Made by a program: the position numbers and the translations under genes | Assembly (NCBI GenBank): GCA_044229975.1 | Contig: JBGARZ010000003.1 | Location: 64,001-128,000 of the forward strand | DNA length: 64,000 nucleotides | Source: Polyangiales bacterium | GTDB taxonomy: Bacteria > Myxococcota_A > Polyangia > Polyangiales > Ga0077539 | Direction of reading: 5' to 3' | Shown: piece after piece, positions 56,801-64,000 of the stretch | Position numbering within the stretch: position 1 is the first letter of the stretch | Layout of the letters: each line of letters begins with the position of its first letter | Notes under the pieces: model-generated | Told to the model about the DNA's origin: nothing | What the model saw: the letters and a program-made list of their open reading frames with translations, nothing else | Database searches by the model: none

Positions 56801-58738
56801 ATGGGGACCAGAGCTCTCGCCATCGTGACCACGCTCGCCTTGTCGACCGCCGCGTGCACCGGCGTCCTCGGCGGGGTGCCCGAGGAGCTGATGGTTCCTG
56901 AGGACGTCGGCTTCGAGAAGGTCGTCGAGGACGACGTGGGCTTCGAGCCGGTGGTGCCCGACGACGTGGGCTTCGAGCCCGTCGAACTCGACGCAGGCTT
57001 CGACCCCGACACCGGCATCGCCATCGACGTCGGCGCCCGCGACGTGCAGCTCGTCCCCCTCGACGTCGGCCCACGCGATGTCCCGCTCGTTCCGCGCGAT
57101 ACCGGGCCCCGCGACGTGCAGCTCGTCCCGCGTGATGTGCCCCGTGACGTCCCACGCGACGTCCCCCGCGACACGCCCATCGACACCCCCACCGACCGCG
57201 GCGTGGCCACCGACCGCGGCACCGACGTCGGAACGCCCACCGACCGCGGCACCACCACCGATCGCGGCACTGACGTCGGGACGCCCGTGGACGTTCAGCC
57301 GATGGGCGACCCGTGCCTGCCGTACCGCGGCGTCGACGCGGGCGCGCCGCCCGACCTCACCACCACCGGTCCTCGTGAGCTGCGGGCCTTTCCGGGAGCC
57401 GAGGGCTTCGGCGCGGCGGCGACGGGCGGACGCGGTGGCCGGGTCGTCTTCGTCACCAACCTCAACGCCTCGGGGCCGGGCTCGCTGCTCGCCGCGGTGC
57501 AGGAGACGGGCGCCCGCTATGTGCTCTTCCGGGTGAGCGGGGTCATCCAGGGGGAGATCCACGTGCGCGCGGGCAACCTCACCATCGCGGGGCAGACCTC
57601 CCCCGGCGGCATCACGGTGCGCGGGTTTCACACCACCGAGCAGCCCTACTGCGGCAACTCCTGCCCGGCGAGCACACGCAACGTCGACAACATGATCGTG
57701 CGCTTCATCCGCTCGCGCCCGGCCGGCATGTCCGACGACGCGATGCGCCTGCGCTACGTGCGCAACGCCATCGTCGACCACATCTCGCTCGGCAACGCGA
57801 GCGACGAGGCGATGGAGATCTCCTGCACCAACACCCTCACCGTGCAGAACACCCTCCTCGCCGAGACCGTCGGCGACCACGCGCAGTACGGCGGGATGCT
57901 CATCAACTACTCCAACCCTTCGGCGGGCTACGAGCTCGACCGGCTCACCATCCACCACAACACCTGGAACCGCATCGGCGGCCGCATGCCGGAGTTTTCC
58001 CGCGAGAGCGCGGCGGCGGCTGACTCCACGATGCAGGTCGAGCTCGCCAACAACTTCTGGTGGGACCCGCGCACCTACGTCGACTTCAACAACACCACGA
58101 CGTCGGGCGTCGAGAGCGGCCCGGCCATCCACTACGCCATCAACATCGTCGGCAACTACGGCTTCGCGCGATCGAGCTACGGCTACGGCCTCTTCTCGCT
58201 GCGCGACCGCCAGGGCGAGTCGCCCGCGTACTTCGCCGACAACCTCATGAACCTCTACTCCAACCGCCGCGACTGGCAGCTCAACTACTGCTGCAACGAC
58301 CTGCCGAGCACCACACCCCCGCGCACCGCGCCGGCCTGGGTGCGCGCGACGCGCTTCGACTACCCCGCGGTGACGTACACGCCGTCGAGCACGCTGCGCG
58401 AGTACATGACGGCCAACGTCGGCGCCTTCCCGCGCGACCCGATGGACGTGCGGCTGATGACGCCGGTGCGCGATGGGACGCCATCAACCGTCGCCATCGA
58501 CCGCAACCCGGCGAGCGACGCGTTGCAGGTGGTGACGGGGGCGGCGATGGTTCCGCCTGACAGGGACAACGATGGGATGTCGGATGAGTTCGAGTGCCGC
58601 AACGGGCTCGACCCGGTGGTGCAGGACCACAACGGCACCTCGCTCTCCTCACGCCTCGTCGGCGTCGCGGGGTACACCAACCTCGAGGTGTACCTCCACG
58701 AGCTCGCGCTCATCCGCGTGCGCGATGGGCAGCGCTGA
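56801..58738 (+). CDS. Pectate lyase family (PL1-like) lipoprotein with a repeat linker
   Basis: Lipobox TAAC; AFPGAEGFG..GGRGG..VTNL..GPGSL, IAGQTSPG, IVDH, HHN..RMP; C-terminal DRDNDGM..GYTNLEVYL. Confidence 0.85.
   Translation: MGTRALAIVTTLALSTAACTGVLGGVPEELMVPEDVGFEKVVEDDVGFEPVVPDDVGFEPVELDAGFDPDTGIAIDVGARDVQLVPLDVGPRDVPLVPRDTGPRDVQLVPRDVPRDVPRDVPRDTPIDTPTDRGVATDRGTDVGTPTDRGTTTDRGTDVGTPVDVQPMGDPCLPYRGVDAGAPPDLTTTGPRELRAFPGAEGFGAAATGGRGGRVVFVTNLNASGPGSLLAAVQETGARYVLFRVSGVIQGEIHVRAGNLTIAGQTSPGGITVRGFHTTEQPYCGNSCPASTRNVDNMIVRFIRSRPAGMSDDAMRLRYVRNAIVDHISLGNASDEAMEISCTNTLTVQNTLLAETVGDHAQYGGMLINYSNPSAGYELDRLTIHHNTWNRIGGRMPEFSRESAAAADSTMQVELANNFWWDPRTYVDFNNTTTSGVESGPAIHYAINIVGNYGFARSSYGYGLFSLRDRQGESPAYFADNLMNLYSNRRDWQLNYCCNDLPSTTPPRTAPAWVRATRFDYPAVTYTPSSTLREYMTANVGAFPRDPMDVRLMTPVRDGTPSTVAIDRNPASDALQVVTGAAMVPPDRDNDGMSDEFECRNGLDPVVQDHNGTSLSSRLVGVAGYTNLEVYLHELALIRVRDGQR
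56896..57297 (+). repeat. Nested coding repeats: 30-bp DVGFE units, 12-bp PRDV units, TDRG/TDVG units
   Basis: gacgtcggcttcgag and gacgtgggcttcgag (3 copies); RDVQLVP twice; PRDV run; TDRGxxTDRGTDVGTP twice. Confidence 0.8.
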
Positions 58739-58745
58739 CGGGCGC

Positions 58746-59909
58746 TCAGCCCGGGGTCTGCGTCGGGCAGCCGAAGACGATGCGAACCTCGGCGCCCGCG
58801 TCGGACGTGATGCGCTGGCAGGCCGGCCCGTAGAGGATCACCGAGCGCATGCCCGCCGAGTAGTCCCAGCCGTTGTTGTGGTCGACGTCGCGCGGGATGA
58901 CCGAGGACGTTCCGCCGGAGGTGAGGTCGACGTTGACGCGCGTCGGGTCGACCCGCGACGGGTCGGCGTCCACCGCGAACTCGCAGCTCAGCGCGCGGCC
59001 GCGGATGTCGTCGAGCGCACGCGCGAGGTCGGCCTCGAAGGAGCCGTCACCGAGGCTGTAGTGGCAAGTCGAGAGGCCCTGGCAGCCGGGCTCGCGCGGC
59101 GAGTTGCCGGTAAACGCGAGGTCGGACAGGAAGGTGTCGTTGGCGGAGGGCGTCCCGGCGACGAAGTAGCGGATGGGTGGCACGCCGCGGGCTCCTCGCG
59201 CCACCGCGACGCGAACGGCGTCGGAGGCGATGCGCTCTTGCGTCGCCTGGCAGGCGAGGAAGGCCCCGATGTCGAGGGGGTTGGGGAAGCAGATGGTGGC
59301 GGTGGTGCACTCCTGCGTGGGCGCGCCGTCGGTGATGAGGATGACGTTGCGCGAGCCGTCCATGGTGAACGCGTCGTAGTAGTTACGCGTCCCCTCCATG
59401 GCGCAGGCCATCGGCGTGTTGCCGTTGGGCGAGGCGCTCGACAGCGACGACATGAGACGCGTGCGGTTGGTGCGGAGCGAGTCGACGGCGACGAGCGGGC
59501 GCGTGTACCCGGAGGCCATGTCGGACGACCCGGAGGTCGAAGGAAACATCGTCAGCCCGACCCGCACGTCGTCATCGAGCCCCGTGAGCAGCGTCTGTAG
59601 CCCGCGCACCGCGGACGTCCACCGCGACGGCGTGCCCATCGCCATGGAGCCCGATCGGTCGAGTACGATGAGCAGGTTGACCGGCAGCCGGCGCGCGTCG
59701 GCGGTGGTCGTCGCGCACGAGGCGTCCTGATCGATCACCACCACGCCGCGGTCGGGGATCGGGATCGCGTCGCGCGTCGGGGTGATCGCGCCATCGGTCA
59801 TCGGCGTGACCACCGACGCGTCTCGCGTCGTGAAGGTCGGCGCCGTCTCCGGCGAGCACGCGACCAGGGCCAGCACACCAAGCATCGTCAAGCGTCGGGT
59901 GGTCATCAC
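58746..59909 (-). CDS. vWA-domain lipoprotein with a Cys-containing C-terminal domain
   Basis: Lipobox LVAC; LLIVLDRSGSM, GNTP, ILITDGAP; C-terminal NGWDY..LYGPAC..FGCPT; start is GTG 59909 or ATG 59906. Confidence 0.88.
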   Translation of the reverse strand: MMTTRRLTMLGVLALVACSPETAPTFTTRDASVVTPMTDGAITPTRDAIPIPDRGVVVIDQDASCATTTADARRLPVNLLIVLDRSGSMAMGTPSRWTSAVRGLQTLLTGLDDDVRVGLTMFPSTSGSSDMASGYTRPLVAVDSLRTNRTRLMSSLSSASPNGNTPMACAMEGTRNYYDAFTMDGSRNVILITDGAPTQECTTATICFPNPLDIGAFLACQATQERIASDAVRVAVARGARGVPPIRYFVAGTPSANDTFLSDLAFTGNSPREPGCQGLSTCHYSLGDGSFEADLARALDDIRGRALSCEFAVDADPSRVDPTRVNVDLTSGGTSSVIPRDVDHNNGWDYSAGMRSVILYGPACQRITSDAGAEVRIVFGCPTQTPG

Positions 59910-59943
59910 GGGCGGAGACTCTACCAACGCCCGCGCGTCGCTG

Positions 59944-60363
59944 TCAGGTAGTCCCGCCTCCGCCGCCACCACCACCCTTAGCCCCGTCACCCTTTCGGAG
60001 GATGCGCTTGGCCACCACCCCCAGCACCAGCAGCGCCGCCCCGCTCAACAGCATCACCGGACCGAAGAACTCCTCGCGCGCGCTCGGCGGCGGAGCCTCT
60101 TCGGCCGTGGCGTCTTCGACACGCCTGCGGCCGTGCGTCCCCGCCCGCGACCCGCCGCCCGCGCGCCCCGCCGGGCCGTCGACGCTCTCGCCGAGGCCGC
60201 TGACCTCCTGCGACGACTCCAGCGCCCGCGACGTGGTGTTGCTGCCAAACACCCGCCACGCCGCGATGCCCACCAGCCCGACGACCACCAGCACGATGAC
60301 GTACTCGATGGTCGAGAGCCCACGATCGTCTGCCCCCAGCGAATGCCGCCTCTTCGCTCGCAT
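59944..60363 (-). CDS. Flp (type IVc/Tad) prepilin-like protein with an extra C-terminal TM
   Basis: DDRG|LSTIEY plus a hydrophobic helix; second TM FFGPVMLLSGAALLVLGVVA followed by KRILRK. Confidence 0.7.
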   Translation of the reverse strand: MRAKRRHSLGADDRGLSTIEYVIVLVVVGLVGIAAWRVFGSNTTSRALESSQEVSGLGESVDGPAGRAGGGSRAGTHGRRRVEDATAEEAPPPSAREEFFGPVMLLSGAALLVLGVVAKRILRKGDGAKGGGGGGGGTT

Positions 60364-60385
60364 CGCGGCGGACGCTACCACGCCC

Positions 60386-60613
60386 TCAGTCGGGGCCACG
60401 ATCACGCGCGAAGCCCGCGTCGCGAAAGGGGCTCGTCGGCACGACGCAGCGGTTGTCGGCGGTGCACACCTCGCCGAGTCGACAGGAGGGGAAGCAGATC
60501 TCCCCGCGCTCGGACGTCGGCCCCGCGTCCTCCGTGTACACGGTCTCGCCCTGACAGCCGACCGCGACCAGCGCCGCGAACAGCCACCACGCCCATGCCT
60601 CGCGCTTCGTCAT
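60386..60613 (-). CDS. Small Cys-rich lipoprotein (75 aa)
   Basis: Lipobox VAVGC; CFPSCRLGEVCTADNRC; TACGCT 7 nt upstream of the ATG. Confidence 0.6.
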   Translation of the reverse strand: MTKREAWAWWLFAALVAVGCQGETVYTEDAGPTSERGEICFPSCRLGEVCTADNRCVVPTSPFRDAGFARDRGPD

Positions 60614-60668
60614 CGCGCCGAGCGTAGCGCGCCCGTTGACGGGGCGTCCCTCGCGCGTGCATCCCAGT

Positions 60669-61439
60669 GTGACCGTGACGCCCCTCCGCCGTTCTCTCCT
60701 CGCCGCCTTCGTCGCCGCCGTCGCCTGCCGCCGGTCCCCCGCCGGACCTGCGCCCGCGCCGCGCTACCTCCTCGGGCTCTCGCCCGGTCCGTCGTTTACG
60801 GTGCTGGGCGCCACGCTCTACGCCGACCGCGACCTCCGCTATCGCGACAGCCAGTGCCTCGGCGTGAAGCTCGTTCAGGGCCACGAGCCCCCGATGCTCG
60901 ACGGCGGCCGGGTCGAGCTCTGGGTCGTGGGCGGCGACCAGATCGGCCACGTCGACCGTTCGCCCGCAGGCCGCTACCACGCCGCGGTGCGCTCGGTGCT
61001 CACGCCGGGCACCCGCGTCGCAGGCAACCTCGTGGGGAGTCCCTCCGTCGCGGCCCACCGCTTCCACAGCCCGGCGCACGTGCCGCTGCCCGTACAGCGG
61101 ATCCGGCCCGACGCGGGGTTTGCGCTGAGGCTCGGCGAGCCGCTGCCCGTCACCTGGCGGGGAAGCGACAGCTCCCACGTCGCCATCGTCGTGACCGTGT
61201 CCCGCGGCCCCGCCGAGGCCGCGACCGAGGGCTGGTTGCTGACCTGCGTGGCGCCGAGAGGGAGGGGGAGGTTCTCCATTCCGGCGACGGCGTTTCCCCG
61301 GGAGCACATCCCGGCCGACGCCGACACGGTGACCGTGACCGTCGCCGCTGATGATCGGGTGGTAGAGGAGGACTACGCGCTCGACGTCACGCCCGTCGGC
61401 TCGGCCGAAGACCAGGCCGTCGGGCGCTTCGTCCGCTGA
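60669..61439 (+). CDS. Hypothetical lipoprotein
   Basis: RRSLLAAFVAAVAC signal; beta-rich C-terminal domain (LPVTW..LTC..GRFSIPA); start uncertain (GTG 60669 or 60675). Confidence 0.6.
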   Translation: MTVTPLRRSLLAAFVAAVACRRSPAGPAPAPRYLLGLSPGPSFTVLGATLYADRDLRYRDSQCLGVKLVQGHEPPMLDGGRVELWVVGGDQIGHVDRSPAGRYHAAVRSVLTPGTRVAGNLVGSPSVAAHRFHSPAHVPLPVQRIRPDAGFALRLGEPLPVTWRGSDSSHVAIVVTVSRGPAEAATEGWLLTCVAPRGRGRFSIPATAFPREHIPADADTVTVTVAADDRVVEEDYALDVTPVGSAEDQAVGRFVR

Positions 61440-62528
61440 TCAGTTGGCCGAGACCGAGCCGGAGACCTGCACCGAGACCTGCACCGACACGTTGACGCTC
61501 GCCACCGCGCTCACGAGTCCGGTGGTGGCGATGCCCGCGCACGCCGTCACCTGCGCGCCCACCGCGCCGAGGGCGTTGGGCAGCTCGTGCGCCGAGCGCA
61601 CCACGGCCGCGCCCGACGAGGCCGCCTGCTCCAGGCGCGAGCGCAGCAGCATGATCTGCGAGAAGCCGCCGCGGAGGGCGGCCTGCACGTGCGTGACCTT
61701 CTCCTGGAGGTTGCTCGCCACGTTGCCCGTGATGGTCAGCTCGGCGCGGCCCGGCGAGCAGGTCGCCTGCGCGTTGAGGCGGGCGTCGCACGCCGCGCGG
61801 CAGTCGGCGCTCACCCGCGGCGGCTGCACGTGCCCCGTGCACCGCGGCGCCGTGAAGGCCACCGAGCAACCGCCGCGGCACTCGCCGCTGCAGGTCCCCG
61901 AGGCGCGCGCCACGCAGCGACCCTGACACGTTCCGTTGCAGGCGCCGCCGGAGGTCGACGAGCCCGAGCAGGTGCCCTCGCAGGTGCCGTTGCAGGTGCC
62001 GCTGACGTCGACCGCGCACTGGCCGGTGCAGGAAGCCGAGCACTGGCCGCGCAGCTCGCCGCCCTCGCACTCGAGCTGCGCCGAGCCCGGCGTGTACGAC
62101 GCGTCGCACTCGCCCGCGCAGCGCGCGTACCCGTCGATGCTCACCTCGCAGCGCGGGGGGACGGCCACCAGTTCGACGCGCACGCCGCCTGACGCGCGGA
62201 TGGCCGCGAGGTCGTCGCGGAGCTGGTTGGACACCCGGGTGCACGCCGCGCGCACGGCGTCGGGGCTGTCGCCCGAGCCGAGCTCGCTGTCGGGAATCGC
62301 GAGGTCGTGCCCGATCTGCCGACACGCGTTGAGCAGCCCCGACTGGAGCTCGGTCGCCGCCTGCGTGAAGGCACCCGCCGTGGCGATGAAGGTCTCCACC
62401 TTCTGGGCGCCCGCCGTGCCGCCGAGGTCGCCGCTGCACGCGGCGCTCATCCCGGGAATTCCACCGCCGAGCATTCCACAGCTCGTCAGCACCACCGTCA
62501 GCGCGAGGCCCATGTTCTGAATCCGCAT
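61440..62528 (-). CDS. Cys-rich repeat lipoprotein (CxGxC repeats flanked by helical regions)
   Basis: AAGGAG RBS before MRIQN; lipobox LTSC; GQCSASCTGQC, GTCNGTCEGTCSG, GACNGTCQGRC, GTCSGECRGGC. Confidence 0.85.
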   Translation of the reverse strand: MRIQNMGLALTVVLTSCGMLGGGIPGMSAACSGDLGGTAGAQKVETFIATAGAFTQAATELQSGLLNACRQIGHDLAIPDSELGSGDSPDAVRAACTRVSNQLRDDLAAIRASGGVRVELVAVPPRCEVSIDGYARCAGECDASYTPGSAQLECEGGELRGQCSASCTGQCAVDVSGTCNGTCEGTCSGSSTSGGACNGTCQGRCVARASGTCSGECRGGCSVAFTAPRCTGHVQPPRVSADCRAACDARLNAQATCSPGRAELTITGNVASNLQEKVTHVQAALRGGFSQIMLLRSRLEQAASSGAAVVRSAHELPNALGAVGAQVTACAGIATTGLVSAVASVNVSVQVSVQVSGSVSAN

Positions 62529-62754
62529 CGTCGTCTCCTTGCGTACCGCGGCCCCCACCGTGCGGCGCGGCCGTCTGTCGGGAATGAACGACGAGACCCG
62601 AACCCTGCGCAAGGACTTCCGTCAGCCGTCGGTGGTCACTTCCAACGTGGCTGTCGCGACAAACCCGATGCTAACGTCCGTGTCCCTGCGGCGCCGTTGC
62701 ACCCGGAACCACCGGTGGCGGGCGCCGACGATCACCCCGACGAGGAGCTTACGA

Positions 62755-63231
62755 ATGAGCGATGAGAAGCTGGCGATGGAGCGGAGAACCTTCCTGTGCG
62801 TGCTGGGCGCCGCGGGCGTGACGGCAGGCATCGCGGGCTGCGGCGGCGACGAGGTGATCGCGCCCTTCACCGCGGGCAACGTGACCGACCACGCCGCGAA
62901 CGTCTGGAAGCTCTTCAGTGCTCAGAAGACCATCGTCGGTCGCGACGCGGGCGGCTACTTCGCGTACTCCGCGACCTGCACCCACGAGGCGACCACCATC
63001 GCCTTTCGCACGGGCACGACGTGCAGCACCCCGACGGGCTGCACCTCGCAGAGCACCACCGGGCTCACCGAGTGTCCGCTGCACTTCTCCCGCTTCGGCG
63101 CCAACGGTGAGCAGACCCGCGGCCCCGCGCCCGAAGGAACCCTCGTGCACTACCAGGTCACCATCGCCAACGGCGTCATCACGGTGAACCCGGGCGTCAC
63201 CGTCGCCGCCACGGTGCGCACCGCCGCCTGA
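62755..63231 (+). CDS. Tat-lipoprotein with a Rieske [2Fe-2S] domain
   Basis: GAGGAG RBS; ERRTFL Tat motif; IAGC lipobox; CTH and CPLH ligands; GPAP loop. Confidence 0.85.
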   Translation: MSDEKLAMERRTFLCVLGAAGVTAGIAGCGGDEVIAPFTAGNVTDHAANVWKLFSAQKTIVGRDAGGYFAYSATCTHEATTIAFRTGTTCSTPTGCTSQSTTGLTECPLHFSRFGANGEQTRGPAPEGTLVHYQVTIANGVITVNPGVTVAATVRTAA

Positions 63232-63243
63232 GAAGACGCGCCG

Positions 63244-63999
63244 TCAGGGGCAGCGCGGCAGCGTCGCCGTGCGCCCATCCCAGAGCGCGCCCGAGCGCAC
63301 GAACGAGTCTCTCCCCTCCCCCACCACGTACGGATCCAGCGTCTCGTCGCCGCGGGCGAAGCGCTCCAGAAACGCCACCGTCAGGAAGCGCAGCGCCGTC
63401 GCGCGCGAGTCGAGCGGCGTCGCGCCGCGCGCGCACAGGCTGCATTGAAACCCGCACGCGGTGTCGACGAAGTCGTTGTGCCCGAAGTTGGCGAGCGGAT
63501 AGAGCCCGACGCGCGCACCCGCGGGCGCCGCGGCGGCGAAGCGGAGGTAGTTGCTGGCCTCGGGCGCGCACGACTGACCCAGGTTGAGGCAGCGCGACTG
63601 CGTGGCGCCGAAGAGCGCGAGCGGACGCACCAGCCGGCCCATCTGCTCGGGCGCGATGGACGGCGTCGCCTCGGTCACGCCGCCGATGGGGGACGGGTTG
63701 TCGTCCACCGGGTCGAGCGCCACGCCCGCGAGGAAGGCGGGCGCATCGAGCAGCGCCATGATGGCCCCTTTGCCGCCCAGGGAGTGGCCCATCACCACGC
63801 TGCGGTTGACGTCGATGATGCCGCTGGCGGGGAAGCCCGTGACGCCCGACGCGAGCGCCGTGCGTGCCGCGATGAGCGCCCGCGCGACGTTGCGGTGGTC
63901 GACCGCGAGGATCGTCCCCGGGTAGTCGACGGACACCACGACGTAGCCCCACGACGCAACGTGCGACAGCAGCCCGTCGTAGTTGCCCACCGCGAGCTG
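63244..63999 (-). CDS. Alpha/beta hydrolase, chlorophyllase/cutinase-like (5' end outside the window)
   Basis: HVASWGYVVV, GHSLGG, LDPVD, GHNDFVD. Confidence 0.8.
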   Translation of the reverse strand, partial: QLAVGNYDGLLSHVASWGYVVVSVDYPGTILAVDHRNVARALIAARTALASGVTGFPASGIIDVNRSVVMGHSLGGKGAIMALLDAPAFLAGVALDPVDDNPSPIGGVTEATPSIAPEQMGRLVRPLALFGATQSRCLNLGQSCAPEASNYLRFAAAAPAGARVGLYPLANFGHNDFVDTACGFQCSLCARGATPLDSRATALRFLTVAFLERFARGDETLDPYVVGEGRDSFVRSGALWDGRTATLPRCP

Positions 64000-64000
64000 G

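Noticed and set aside
56896..57297. CRISPR-like periodic repeats (also 12846-12965, 19140-19320 and 26484-26528)
   Set aside because: All are in-frame coding repeats with periods divisible by 3, no unique spacers and no cas genes.

Overview
Very GC-rich, gene-dense chromosomal window with about 53 CDS. It is probably from a myxobacterium (Myxococcota, Polyangiia-like). That call is inferred from the Hanks kinases, Cys-rich/vWA/FG-GAP lipoproteins with Asp-periodic linkers, sigma-54 activator and T6SS genes. Housekeeping genes include ettA, acnA, argJ, thiD, an RluA-family synthase, a thiolase, a 3-hydroxyacyl-CoA dehydrogenase and a yhhQ-type transporter. They are interleaved with a GldAFG/DUF4340 ABC operon, an NtrC-type two-component pair, an isolated tssF-tssG-tssH block and many uncharacterised exported lipoproteins. 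I found no tRNA, rRNA, CRISPR array, transposase, integrase or prophage. The most notable signals are: (1) a Tat-signal protein with Fam20C/Four-jointed-type secretory kinase motifs; (2) a lone phage Bet-type annealase whose promoter overlaps a LexA-like palindrome; (3) an orphan gene pair resembling FtsH-ternary conflict-system components; (4) an Flp prepilin with a second C-terminal membrane anchor, next to a vWA lipoprotein; (5) a fully degenerate tail-anchored pseudokinase; (6) two coupled lipoproteins built from 7 copies of a two-Cys beta domain; (7) a recurrent leaderless-promoter architecture. All family calls come from motif recognition by eye; no database searches were run.
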